64,000 bases of DNA from Polyangiaceae bacterium (GCA_965222375.1 CBDCTZ010000016.1:576001-640000); one strand, 5' to 3'; positions 29,874-40,120 are shown, counted from the first letter of the stretch. A program made the numbers and translations. Notes: generated from the letters alone by a model not told the origin.

Positions 29874-30845
29874 ATGCACACCCATGAAGTCGATTGGATC
29901 CTGGCGCGTCAACCCAAGGCTCCTCTCAAATTCAGCTACTTCCGCGATCGATACGCGTCGATGATCCTGAGCTGGATCGTCGGTGATGGCATGCGTGTGC
30001 GTGACCTTCGCCGTGGGCCCTACGCGAAGCTGCTTGAGAAACGCAGCGTTAAAGGAGTGCTCGCCCGTCTCAAGGGAGGTGTGCTCACGGCAAAGGCGCT
30101 CGCGCGTGCCGCCCCGTCACGAACCGTCGACTACCGTTTGACTTTCACGCGTTGGGGAGAGGTGGACGAGCGCGAGTGGTGCCCCACTTGCCATCAAACT
30201 ACGCGTCCGGGCGAGAACCTGGTGGTCCAGCTCAACTTCGCTCGGGAGCACGACACCGCATATTGGGGGCTGATCGCGCCTCGGGGTGTCGATGACCACC
30301 TCGATCACCCATTCGTCTGCGCTGGCCACCCTGTCTCGGAGCGATTTCTTACGTTGGCGTGGTCGCGCACTGACGTTTGTTTCGACGCGGGCGAAGCGCT
30401 GATTGAAGAAGTCCAGTCGGACTGGGTGAAACGGGCGGACGAGGAAGCCAAAGCGCTGCTCGTCTTGGATCCCGAGAAACTGGTCACCGCCGAGCTGTAC
30501 GGATTCGATCCCGAAATCGCGGTTCACCACATTCTGAGCTACGTGAATCACGTATTGCGCGCTCACATCGACATCTGGTCAGAAGCAATGCTGGCTGCAA
30601 CCCTGCATTTTCTTCGTGACCGGCTAGGTATTCGTCGGATCTTCTACAACACGTTTGAAACGGGTTGCTTCATGAAAGAGCTGCGCAGTGAGCGTCCGCC
30701 ACGCTCCTTGTACACGGACTTGCCGCGCCGGTTTGGCTTCCAGCTCACCCAAACACGACCGTGGGCGCTGCGCCAGTCCAGCAGCCCGCGAGTGCGGAAA
30801 AAGCTGTCTCAGCCGGAGCTGAGCTGGTTCTTGCTGGAGCTGTGA
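29874..30845 (+). CDS. Hypothetical protein with IEEVQSDW motif
   Basis: Coding-like ORF with motifs QTTRPGENLVVQLNF, HPV, LAWSR and EALIEEVQSDW. Confidence 0.7.
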   Translation: MHTHEVDWILARQPKAPLKFSYFRDRYASMILSWIVGDGMRVRDLRRGPYAKLLEKRSVKGVLARLKGGVLTAKALARAAPSRTVDYRLTFTRWGEVDEREWCPTCHQTTRPGENLVVQLNFAREHDTAYWGLIAPRGVDDHLDHPFVCAGHPVSERFLTLAWSRTDVCFDAGEALIEEVQSDWVKRADEEAKALLVLDPEKLVTAELYGFDPEIAVHHILSYVNHVLRAHIDIWSEAMLAATLHFLRDRLGIRRIFYNTFETGCFMKELRSERPPRSLYTDLPRRFGFQLTQTRPWALRQSSSPRVRKKLSQPELSWFLLEL

Positions 30846-32488
30846 GTCGGTCCATCACGGCCGGGAACCTGATAACCTCAACCGGAGTGGGTACGCTCGA
30901 AAATGCGCCGCGCCGGATCGGACGTTACGCGCTGCACTCACGCTTGGCGTCGGGCGGGATGGCTAGCGTGCACCTGGGCCGGCTGTTGGGCCCAGTGGGC
31001 TTCGCCCGCACTGTCGCTATCAAGCGGTTGCACCCCCAGCTGATCAAGGAGCGTTCCTTTGTCTCCATGCTGCTGGACGAAGCTCGACTGGCAGCTCGGA
31101 TCCGCCATCCAAACGTGGTCCCGGTGGTCGACGTAGTTGCACTCGAGGGTGAGCTCTTCCTGGTCATGGAGTACGTGCACGGCGAAACCCTCGCTCGCTT
31201 GTTGATCAACGCGAAGAATCAAGCGCCACCTCCGGATGTGATTACCAGAATCGTGGTTGACCTTCTCAATGGATTGCACGCCGCGCACGTGGCGACAGAC
31301 GAGCAGGGCCAACCGCTCAACATCGTGCACCGCGATGTCTCGCCGCAGAATGTGCTGGTTGGTGTCGATGGTATTGCCCGAGTCACGGATTTTGGCGTGG
31401 CCAAAGCCGTGAATCGACTGCAGTCGACCAACAGCGGCCAGGTCAAGGGCAAGCTCGCGTACATGGCGCCTGAGTACTTGCAAGGGAAGGGGCTCGATCG
31501 ACGCTCAGACATCTACTCGGCATCGGTGTTGTTGTGGGAAGGGCTCACGAGGCGGCGCTTGTTCGCGCGCAAGAACTCCACCGAGACCATGAAGCTAATT
31601 GTTTCAGGCGAGGTACCCCCGCCGAGCCGTTTTGCACCGTGGCTTAGTCCAGTATTGGACGAAGTCGTGATGCAGGGGTTGTCGCGGGATCCAGGCAAAC
31701 GCTTCTCTTCCGCCCAGGCCTTGGCCACGGCCCTCGAGGAGTCGGCGGCGCTCGCTCTGCCGCCCAAAGTGGGCGCATGGGTCCAAGAACACGCTGCGTC
31801 GGAGTTGGAGAATCGTGCGCGTTCGCTCGCCGAGGTCGAGAATGTCGAGTCGGACGACCCCACGAGTCTGGCCGGAGGTGCCGCGCTGGTGGATGCGGTC
31901 ATGTCCACCCAATCGCCCTCGAAAACGACCAACCCAGGGCTTTCGAGCACGGTGCTCCTGAATGACTACACCCCCCCAGAGGAGCCAAAGTCTGAACCCG
32001 ACCAGGCGCCGATGGCGGCAGCGCCCCGACCTGCTGCCGGTGCACCGCCTCCACCTGCTCCAGCTGCCCCGCCGTACACGCGCCCAGCCGCGGCGCCCCC
32101 CCTTGCGGTCGTCACGGCACCTGCAGCGGTCGAAGGAACTCCCACGAACCTCGTTGCGGAGCCCCCGCATGGTGTTGCCACGGCACCTGCAGCGGTCGAA
32201 GGAACTCCCACGAACCTCGTCGCGGAACCGGCTGCCGCGCCGAACTTTCCACAACCCCAGGCCGCGGCACAGAACTACGCGCAAGCTGGCGCCCCTGCCC
32301 CCAGCTACGCGCAACCCGAGGCGGCCGGCTATTCGCAGCCGGAAGCACTAGGGCCGATATCCGCTGCGGCATCCGAGCCACGCAAGTCCCGCAAGCTCAT
32401 CTTGTTCGTCGCGCTCGTCATCGGAGCGTTGTTCTTGTTCAGCTCCGCTGCGGCGTTCTTCTTTCTGGTACTGCCGCGACTGCGCTGA
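30842..32488 (+). CDS. Ser/Thr protein kinase with C-terminal TM anchor
   Basis: LASGGMASV, VAIK, HRDVSPQN, DFG, GKLAYMAPE. GTG start overlaps the upstream TGA. Confidence 0.92.
   Translation: MSRSITAGNLITSTGVGTLENAPRRIGRYALHSRLASGGMASVHLGRLLGPVGFARTVAIKRLHPQLIKERSFVSMLLDEARLAARIRHPNVVPVVDVVALEGELFLVMEYVHGETLARLLINAKNQAPPPDVITRIVVDLLNGLHAAHVATDEQGQPLNIVHRDVSPQNVLVGVDGIARVTDFGVAKAVNRLQSTNSGQVKGKLAYMAPEYLQGKGLDRRSDIYSASVLLWEGLTRRRLFARKNSTETMKLIVSGEVPPPSRFAPWLSPVLDEVVMQGLSRDPGKRFSSAQALATALEESAALALPPKVGAWVQEHAASELENRARSLAEVENVESDDPTSLAGGAALVDAVMSTQSPSKTTNPGLSSTVLLNDYTPPEEPKSEPDQAPMAAAPRPAAGAPPPPAPAAPPYTRPAAAPPLAVVTAPAAVEGTPTNLVAEPPHGVATAPAAVEGTPTNLVAEPAAAPNFPQPQAAAQNYAQAGAPAPSYAQPEAAGYSQPEALGPISAAASEPRKSRKLILFVALVIGALFLFSSAAAFFFLVLPRLR
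32113..32220 (+). repeat. Exact 42-bp direct repeat (66-bp period) in the kinase linker
   Basis: cacggcacctgcagcggtcgaaggaactcccacgaacctcgt at 32113-32154 and 32179-32220; TAPAAVEGTPTNLVAEP occurs twice. Confidence 0.9.
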
Positions 32489-32509
32489 GCGAATCGCCGA
32501 GGGGCGTGG

Positions 32510-33235
32510 TCAGTCTACGTTGAAGCGCTCGAGGCTGAGCCTGCCATCCTGAATTTGTACGTAGGGTGAACCGCGCATCCAATTGCCAGAGTTGACGTAC
32601 ATCTTGCCCGGCGCGAGCTCCAAGATCTCGGCGTTGTGAGTGTGGCCGAAAACGACGCCGTCGAACCCGCGCTTGAGCAGCATCTCGGCGGCTTCGTGAT
32701 ACACGGAGTGGCGCTCTTGCTTTCGGCGTTGACCAAAGCGGTCTTTGACTCGTTGGTATGAAGACCAGACCTTGTACACGTCCGGGTAGAGGTGGAGCAG
32801 GGGCCCAGCCGCACGTGTCAGCGTGTCGTACAGAGCAGGGTGCTTCACATAGAAGGGATCATAGAGATGACCGTGCTCGACGCGGATGCGGCGGCCGCCG
32901 CTCTTCACGTTGAGGAAGGGGCAAATCCGGATTTCGCTCCAGCTTTCCAGGTAGTGCTCGAGCACGATGTCGTGGTTACCCACCACGTAGTAGACACTGG
33001 ACCCGGCATCGACGAGCCGGCGGATGCGATCGATGATGCGAACGGTGTCGTTCGCCAGGTTGGCGAAGCTGGTCTGGAGGATCTCCAAGCCATCACCGTT
33101 GATGCACACACTGCAGCGCTGCCGGCCTGCCAATTCCAAAAACCGACCAAAGCGCCGGCTCGCCTGGGAAAACGGATTGCCCACGTGCAAGTCTGAAACG
33201 ACCAAGAGCCGGTCGAGTTCAGCTTCGATGATCAT
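32510..33235 (-). CDS. Calcineurin-like metallophosphoesterase (LpxH-like)
   Basis: SDLH, NGD, GNHD, EHGH, GHTH, NSGNW. Confidence 0.88.
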   Translation of the reverse strand: MIIEAELDRLLVVSDLHVGNPFSQASRRFGRFLELAGRQRCSVCINGDGLEILQTSFANLANDTVRIIDRIRRLVDAGSSVYYVVGNHDIVLEHYLESWSEIRICPFLNVKSGGRRIRVEHGHLYDPFYVKHPALYDTLTRAAGPLLHLYPDVYKVWSSYQRVKDRFGQRRKQERHSVYHEAAEMLLKRGFDGVVFGHTHNAEILELAPGKMYVNSGNWMRGSPYVQIQDGRLSLERFNVD

Positions 33236-33690
33236 GTATCCGGCGCGTCCTGGTTGTCGGCGTTGGCATAGAACAGCTGCGCGATCTTCTCTTCACCCGT
33301 GTCTGTGCTCTCCAGCACCTTCACCAAGCGAGCGTTCAATGTGCGAACTCGACCACTGAGTCGGTGCAGCATCTCGAACGCGAAGGTGGGGTCCCGCCGC
33401 ATGCGGACCAACAGTGCGCCCGCACTCACCACCAAGAGTTGCGTTTCACCCACGGCCTGGGCAGTGGCGTCCCGAGGAAGTGACTCCAGCAGCGACATTT
33501 CGCCGAAGAAGTCCCCCTGGCTCAGTTGGGCGAGCTCCACCTCTCGGCTACCGACGCGTTTGCTGATTCGAACCGTGCCGCTCTGGATGACGAACATGTC
33601 GCGAGAGCGTTCGCCCTCCTCCACAATCACTTCGCCGTCGAAATACGTGCGCTCCAGCTCCTTCGCGTGGGACTGGGCTTGGGTCATCAT
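33232..33690 (-). CDS. Stand-alone cyclic-nucleotide-binding domain protein
   Basis: IVEEGE, FVIQSGTV, GDFFGEMSLL...PRDATA phosphate-binding cassette; no HTH; ATGA-coupled to the phosphoesterase. Confidence 0.88.
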   Translation of the reverse strand: MMTQAQSHAKELERTYFDGEVIVEEGERSRDMFVIQSGTVRISKRVGSREVELAQLSQGDFFGEMSLLESLPRDATAQAVGETQLLVVSAGALLVRMRRDPTFAFEMLHRLSGRVRTLNARLVKVLESTDTGEEKIAQLFYANADNQDAPDT

Positions 33691-33796
33691 GTTGCCACCA
33701 TGTTCCAGTTCGAGCGCTGAGTCGAGGGGGGTGATCGTTGCATGGGCTAGCGTTACGGTTGCAGGCGACTCGCGTGGTAGCATGTAGTCGGTAGAT

Positions 33797-34455
33797 ATGG
33801 TGTCGGACTACCCGCTCACGGAACAATTGCTGCGTGTGGCGGGCATCGAGCGGGCCGGAGACCCCACGACATTTGCACAGCTCGAACGCCGCCTGAGCGA
33901 GGGGCTGGGTGAAGCGCATTCGGCTTTTGGCGAACTCGGCATTCCGTCCACTGTGTGGCTCCGCCACGTGGCCTCCGTGCTACCTGAGCACGGGCCCCTG
34001 CTCGACGCTGTGCAACAACTGCACCTCGACGAGTTGTGGTTGTGTGCTGGGTGTCTCCAAGGTGACGAGCGCTTCATGGCGGTCTTTGAACGCACCTACA
34101 TGCCCAAAACCCGGGGACTCCTGGGCAAGCTGGGGATCGAGGAGTCTTTGCGGGACGAGCTGATTCAAGAGCTTCGCTCGGCTCTGCTGGTGCCCAAGCC
34201 GACTCGAGCTGCCAAGCTCGCCAGCTACAGCGGCCGAGGGTCCCTCTCCGCCTGGTTGAAGGTCGTCATCACGCGTGCAGCGCTGCGGCGCAAGCGGCGG
34301 GCTTCACCCCAACGGCGCGCGGATAGTCTGCTTGTGGAGCAGTTGGGGGATGGCACGGACGACGCCGAATTGGAACAAATCCGCACCAAATACAAGCAGG
34401 ACTTCGAGCAAGCCGTCGAATGGGCGTTTCGCCAACTGCGGAGTGACCAGCGGAC
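33797..34455 (+). pseudogene. Myxobacterial-type ECF sigma factor truncated before region 4
   Basis: LHLDELWLCAGCLQGD, YSGRGSLSAWLKV, FEQAVEWAFRQLRSDQR, after which sigma-like sequence stops abruptly. Confidence 0.75.
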
Positions 34456-35695
34456 TCCACCGGATGGCCGGCGAGTGGCTCGAGGATGTGGGCATCACAG
34501 ACGCCGTCATGCTGGCAGATCATTACGAACAGGGAGAAACCCCGGCCGCGGCACTGAAGTGGTGGCGGCGTGCGGCAGAAGCAGCACTGGCCGCGACGGA
34601 TCTCCCGGCGGCGCTTCAACACGCCGATCGGGCGCTGGCATGTGGGGCTCGGGGAGAAGCTCGCGGTCGGCTGTTGTTGCTCTCCGCGGAAGCTCGTCAG
34701 TGGGGCGGGTGAGCACCACGAAGGGATCTCCCCGGTCGCGCGGCGTCCGAATTGTTGGAAGTCGGATCCGCTGAGTGGTGCGACGCCACGACCATCGTCG
34801 CGGAATCCATCGGGTCCTTGGGGGATACCGAAGGCATTCGAAGCATCGCAAGAAACCTCCTGGCGATCCCTGCTCGAAAGGCCACGGCGCCCCTGACGAC
34901 CGTGTGTGCGCGAGTGGTTACTTCCCTTCGCCGCACGGGATCCAACGCAGAGGCAACTCAACTGCTGGGGCACCTGCGCGAAATCCTCACCCACGTGGAC
35001 AACCTCGATCCTCGTCGAAAGGCATTCCTGCATCAGATGTTCTCCCAAGAGGCGTTCCATGCGGGGGAGTACGGCGTCATGGTCGCGGAACTAGAGCAGA
35101 GTATACGTGGCTCGGGGTCGACTTCATGACTCGTGTCGTCGACCACAACCTGGCCATTGTTCGCCTGCGCCAAGGTCGCATAGACGAGGCGCGGGACCTA
35201 GAGGCAAGAGCCGTGGCGGCATTCGAGGAGCGACGCTCGCTACGCCTGCTCGGCTTTTCCAAGATCTACCAAGCGCGCATCGAGCTCAGGGCGGAACGAC
35301 CCGAAGCGGCGATGGAGTTCGCTCGAGAAGCGGTAGAAATCCTGTCGGCAGCGGTTCCATCCCTCGAGCCATACGCTCTTGCCGCCGTGTCCCGCGCCCA
35401 TTTGGCTCGCGGCGAAACCGACCACGCGGTTTCCACTGCTGCTCGCGCAATGGAGTTGATGAGCTCTCGTGGTCGCGCCGATGAAGGCGAGCCCTTCGTC
35501 CACTTGGCCTACGTAGTGGCGCTGAAGGAAAGCAGGCAGCGACCGGCTGCCGCGTCTGCGGCGCGGGCGGCACGGGAGCGACTCCAAGAGCGCGGCTCGA
35601 TCATGGACGCGACCCTGCGCCACAGCTTCTTGAACAACGTGCCGGAGAATTCCGCCCTGCTATCCCTGGCAGCGGAACTGCTGGGTCAAACCTGA
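34455..35695 (+). pseudogene. C-terminal TPR part of a kinase/ATPase-TPR protein, frameshifted
   Basis: LHRMAGEWLE...LADHYEQG; frame changes at ~34690-34750 and ~35105; HNLAIVRL...RHSFLNNVPENS terminus typical of these proteins. Confidence 0.75.
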
Positions 35696-35757
35696 GCTTC
35701 GTTCCGCTTTGTCCATCTGGGCCGTGCAACTTCCAGCGAAGGCGCTAGACTCGGCGC

Positions 35758-36114
35758 GTGCGAGCCAGCCTGTTTGCCCTTGGACTTGTGCTAGTCGCTT
35801 GCGCTCGGAGTGAGCCGGCGAAATCGTCGTCGCCCCCCGTGGCTCCCGTCGAAGTGCCCGGCGCGCCCGAAGAAGCGAAGGCCCCTGGCCCTGCCCCTCC
35901 GCCTCGGGAAGCACCCGATGTGAAAGAGGAGCCCGAACAGAGTGAAACCCGAGCTTCCTTCGAATTCAGTGTCGACTCGGACGGTGGCAACGTTGTCATC
36001 AAGTCGACGCCGGACTCCGGCGTACAGGTTTGGGGGACCTTCAACCGAACGGATGGAGGCTTCAGCTTCTCCGGTGGCTTTTCAACGGGCGGTCCGGACG
36101 CGGGCGCGCCCTAG
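35758..36114 (+). CDS. Small lipoprotein
   Basis: LVAC lipobox; TAGACT 6 nt before the GTG. Confidence 0.65.
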   Translation: MRASLFALGLVLVACARSEPAKSSSPPVAPVEVPGAPEEAKAPGPAPPPREAPDVKEEPEQSETRASFEFSVDSDGGNVVIKSTPDSGVQVWGTFNRTDGGFSFSGGFSTGGPDAGAP

Positions 36115-36215
36115 GGCAGTGACAGCCGCACCAGTGCATACTAATAGGTACGGCGCACTCGGAGGAGCGCGCCGTACTAGCTGAGGGCGAGTAGTGCGGC
36201 TCGAGCCGCCCGAGC

Positions 36216-36794
36216 TCACCTCTTGGGCTTCTTGAGGACGCCAGGCTTCGGCGCGACAGGCGTTGCCGGCGCGGGCCCCAAGTCCTTGCAACCACCGCCG
36301 GGGCAGTTGACGGAGCACTTGGCGCCGGCCGCGCAGGTGCTCTTGCAGTTGCCGCCAGTACAGTTGATGGCGCAGGTAGAATTCGGCATGCAAGTGCTGT
36401 CGCAGTTTCCGCCCGGGCAGTTCACCGCGCAGTTGGCGCCGTCGGCGCAATGCGTCTTGCAGTTGCCACCCTCACAAGTGTACGCGCACTGAGCACCCTT
36501 TTCGCATTTGAAGTCACAGTTGCCTCCGGCGCAGGTCTCTGTGCAAGTCTGCCCCGCAGCGCAGGTCTTCTTGCAGTTGCCTTCGGCACAGCCGGCGCTG
36601 GCGCCGGTAGCGGGCGGCGTGGTCGTGCCCGTCGCCGCGGTGTCTGTCGGCGCGGGCGCTGTCGTAGCCGCCGGTGCGGGCGTCGCTGCGGGAGCGGCGG
36701 TTGGCTGACTCTGTGCGGGGCCCGGGTGTTGAACCACCGTGCAGGCCGCAAGGCCTCCAGCGACGAATAAAGCGGAAAGGTGAGAGATCTTCAT
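36216..36794 (-). CDS. Lipoprotein with 19-aa Cys repeats
   Basis: LAAC lipobox, Pro/Ala/Thr linker, about 5 units of CxGGNCxxxCxxGxxCxxx. Confidence 0.8.
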   Translation of the reverse strand: MKISHLSALFVAGGLAACTVVQHPGPAQSQPTAAPAATPAPAATTAPAPTDTAATGTTTPPATGASAGCAEGNCKKTCAAGQTCTETCAGGNCDFKCEKGAQCAYTCEGGNCKTHCADGANCAVNCPGGNCDSTCMPNSTCAINCTGGNCKSTCAAGAKCSVNCPGGGCKDLGPAPATPVAPKPGVLKKPKR

Positions 36795-36985
36795 GGCCGT
36801 GAGACGATCCTTGTCGGGATGGGATTCAGCGCGGGGAAAACTATCACTGCGACTGAACATGAGGCGAGCATGCCGGCTCGGTGTCAAAAAAAACAATAGT
36901 TTTAGGGTGTTAGTCCGGTCGCCGTTTGAGACGGAGTTGCCTGTCCTCCTTGACGCAGCTGTGCTTGGAGCGTTTGCTGAGGACC

Positions 36986-38512
36986 ATGCTCAAGCTCGGG
37001 CGGAAGCGTCCGCGAGTCGAGACCGTTGTCGCCTTCGGGAGCACCGTTCTGGCAGCCACATTCGCCCTGGGCTGCAGCGATCAGAAGTCCGTCGGACTCC
37101 CCACTTCGATGGTTTCGGGAGCGGTGTCGGTTCAGACGCACCCTGGCCAGTCGCACGTGGTCGACCTCCTCATCCCGTTGAAGACGGCTGCGAAGGTGCA
37201 AGTCGTCTTCAACGACCCCTACGCGCGGGGCGAAACCCTCGAGGTGACGGAAGCCAAGACTGCGCCACTTCGGCTTCGCGCACTGCTGGCTGACCAAGAC
37301 TATCGTGTCGAGTTGCGTATTCAGTCCGCCAGCGCTGAGGAGCGGGTCTTCGTTTCGTTTCGAACCCCGCCGGCACAACAGGACGAGGTCACTCAATTTG
37401 ACGTCGTGAACACTGAGGGTGCTCCCGACTACCGCTTTTTCGACATGTCTTGGACGCCGGGCGTCAAGCGCGGTGCAATCTACCTGATTGACGTCGAGGG
37501 TCGGACCCGATTCTACGTGCCACACCCGACGGTACAGAAAATCCCCGGGCCGGTGCGCGTCCCCACCGGTATCAAGTTGCTCCCGAACGGGAACATCGTT
37601 TTCGTCCAAGATGGTGACATGCACTTCGTGAACGAACTCGGCGAGCAAGTGCGCACTATCTTCGCCACGGACGTGGGAAACCCGGCTTTTCACCACGACG
37701 TCATCCTGTTGCCCACGGGCAATCTGTTGACCATCGGTCTCGAGTTCGACACCTTCACGCTCGATCAAGACGGCCAGGACTACTACTACGCCGGCGACAC
37801 AATCACGGAACTAACCCAGGACGGAAAAAAGGTCTGGGAGTGGAGCAGCTTCGCACACCTGGACAAGCAGCGCGTCCTCGAGGACTTTTTCGTCAACCAA
37901 TACGTTGACCCTACCAACGACGAGCCCGGCTTCGACTGGACCCACGCCAACGGAGTCGTCTACTCCCCAGAAGATGACAGCCTGTTACTGTCTCTGCGGC
38001 ATCAGGATTGGATCCTCAAGGTCGACAAGGCCAGCGGAAAGGTGCTCTGGAAACTGGGGCAAGACGGCGACTTCACCCTAGACGCCGGTAGCTGGTTCTT
38101 TCATCAACATTCCCCAGAGTGGCAGCCGGATGGCAGCTTGCTGCTTTACGACAACGGGATCGACAATCCCAACCTCCCTGCGGACGAAGAGCGGTCCCGG
38201 CCGGTCATCTACGCCTTGGACGAGAAAGCGAAAACTGCACGTCAGATTTGGGAAGACACGGAAACCAAGTACATGTCTGCAATCGCTGGGGACGCGGATC
38301 GCACCAGCATCGATACGATTCTAGTGCTCGACAGTTCGCTCCTGCTGGATCCGAGCGAACCCACGGTGCTCGACACTTACTCGGAAATGCGTGAAGTCGA
38401 TCGAAAGACGGGCGATTGGGTTTGGACGCTGCGCACGCCGGACCACACCATCGTTTATCGCGCGCTTGCCGTGTCCCGGCCACCGGGAGAAGCAATCGTG
38501 CCCGGGGAGTGA
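36986..38512 (+). CDS. Arylsulfotransferase (ASST)-family lipoprotein
   Basis: ALGC lipobox; FHHD, DWTHANG, SLRHQDW, FHQH, LLYDNG. Confidence 0.82.
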   Translation: MLKLGRKRPRVETVVAFGSTVLAATFALGCSDQKSVGLPTSMVSGAVSVQTHPGQSHVVDLLIPLKTAAKVQVVFNDPYARGETLEVTEAKTAPLRLRALLADQDYRVELRIQSASAEERVFVSFRTPPAQQDEVTQFDVVNTEGAPDYRFFDMSWTPGVKRGAIYLIDVEGRTRFYVPHPTVQKIPGPVRVPTGIKLLPNGNIVFVQDGDMHFVNELGEQVRTIFATDVGNPAFHHDVILLPTGNLLTIGLEFDTFTLDQDGQDYYYAGDTITELTQDGKKVWEWSSFAHLDKQRVLEDFFVNQYVDPTNDEPGFDWTHANGVVYSPEDDSLLLSLRHQDWILKVDKASGKVLWKLGQDGDFTLDAGSWFFHQHSPEWQPDGSLLLYDNGIDNPNLPADEERSRPVIYALDEKAKTARQIWEDTETKYMSAIAGDADRTSIDTILVLDSSLLLDPSEPTVLDTYSEMREVDRKTGDWVWTLRTPDHTIVYRALAVSRPPGEAIVPGE

Positions 38513-38543
38513 TCGCACCCAACCCAGGGACGTTGCAGCCGCC

Positions 38544-40007
38544 TCAGTAGCCGAAGTCTGCCGGCCCCGGTTTTGGTTTGGGCTGCGGCTTGGGAGTCGG
38601 CTCGACGACGGGTTTGACCACGGGCTTGGCCGTGGGTTTCGTCGCCGGCTTCGCTGCGACAACCGGTTTGGCGGGTGGCGTCGGGGTCGGGGGCGCGGAT
38701 TCGGCCGGTGGCGGGTCACTCTCCGGCGACCCACTCCCCTTCGCGACAGGCTCGCTGGTCGGGTCAGTAGTTGGATCCGCCGTTGGTGCTTCAGGCGGTG
38801 GAACACTCTCGGATGTGTCGGCGCTGGCGACGGGATCCGTCACGGCGGCCGCCGCGCGTTTTGCAGCGATGGCGCGCCAGGCGAAGAAGCCTCCCCCCGC
38901 TACGATCAACAAGAACCCCGCAAGGGCCGCCAGAAGCAGGATCGGATTCGGCCCCTTCTTGAGTCCGGGGACGGTCTCGCCGTGGGAACTCGACCACGCC
39001 GAAACGCTGGCACCCGTCGAAGTGACCGTGGAGCCGCCATCTACAGCTGCCGCCGGCATCCCGGCCGCCGGAAGCACATTGGTCGTGTGCGTCTCTGTCG
39101 CCTCATCCGGCGAGTCGTGTCCGACAGCAGGCGGAATCGTGACCGCGGCCCCCGTCTGCATCCAATTGTCCAGAGCCGTGACGAAGTCCTGGGCAGACTG
39201 AAAGCGGTGTGCGACGTCTCGAGACATCGCCTTCAGTGTCAAGGACTCGAAGGCTGGGTCGATGTCAGGGCGAACCTGACGCAGGGGTACCGGTTCCGAC
39301 AGCACGATCTTGAACAGCAGCTCGTTGAAGGTTTCGGCGTTGAAGGGCACCTGCCCCGTGACCGCCTCGTACAAGATGACGCCCATGGAGTAGAGATCGC
39401 TACGAGCGTCGATGTCCCGGGCTCCCCGCGCCTGCTCCGGTGACATGTAGTACGGCGTACCCATCACCGCGCCCGTCCGGGTCATGGATAAGCCTTCGCC
39501 GCCCATCTTGTTGAACTTGGACACACCGAAGTCGATGATCTTCACAAAGTCCGCGTGGCCGGCCTTCTGCCTGCAGACGAATAGATTTTCGGGCTTGAGA
39601 TCGCGATGCACGATGCCCGCGGCATGGGCGGCGCCGAGCCCGGTCAGTGCCTGCCGCACCAATGGCACGACCTGCTGCGGTGCCATCCGACCGAGACTCT
39701 TGATGCGGGCCCCAAGGGTCTCTCCGTCCAGATACTCCATCACCATGAAGTGCTCACCGGACTCCAACTTCCCCAAATCGATGACCTCCAAGATGTGGTC
39801 ACTTCCGATTTGGCCTGCCGCCTTCGCCTCACGCTCGAAGCGCTCGACGGCGTTCTTGTTGGTCGCTGCGTTGGCGTGCAGTACCTTGATCGCGACCTTG
39901 CGGTTGATGCGGGTGTTTTCGCCTTCGAAGACGGAACCCATACCGCCAATGCCGATCATGTCGACGATGCGATACTTGCCTTCGATGACCTGCCCCTGCT
40001 CCAGCAA
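38544..40007 (-). CDS. Ser/Thr protein kinase with TM helix and Pro-rich extracytoplasmic tail
   Basis: IGIGGMGSV, VAIK, HRDLKPEN, DFG, GTPYYMSPE; C-terminus PADFGY. Confidence 0.93.
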   Translation of the reverse strand: MLEQGQVIEGKYRIVDMIGIGGMGSVFEGENTRINRKVAIKVLHANAATNKNAVERFEREAKAAGQIGSDHILEVIDLGKLESGEHFMVMEYLDGETLGARIKSLGRMAPQQVVPLVRQALTGLGAAHAAGIVHRDLKPENLFVCRQKAGHADFVKIIDFGVSKFNKMGGEGLSMTRTGAVMGTPYYMSPEQARGARDIDARSDLYSMGVILYEAVTGQVPFNAETFNELLFKIVLSEPVPLRQVRPDIDPAFESLTLKAMSRDVAHRFQSAQDFVTALDNWMQTGAAVTIPPAVGHDSPDEATETHTTNVLPAAGMPAAAVDGGSTVTSTGASVSAWSSSHGETVPGLKKGPNPILLLAALAGFLLIVAGGGFFAWRAIAAKRAAAAVTDPVASADTSESVPPPEAPTADPTTDPTSEPVAKGSGSPESDPPPAESAPPTPTPPAKPVVAAKPATKPTAKPVVKPVVEPTPKPQPKPKPGPADFGY

Positions 40008-40120
40008 TGGATCCTCGTTTCGCCAGTGATTCTAGGATACCGCGCCAGTGGCGGCCAGCTTGCCGCGCCCCGATGCCAAATAGCATGGAGTCTCAGCCAA
40101 TCGCTCCACGACATTGGGCA

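Noticed and set aside
36884..36905. A8 tract as an IHF site or phase-variable promoter
   Set aside because: Imperfect IHF match and no well-spaced -10 for the adjacent TTGACA; support is too weak.
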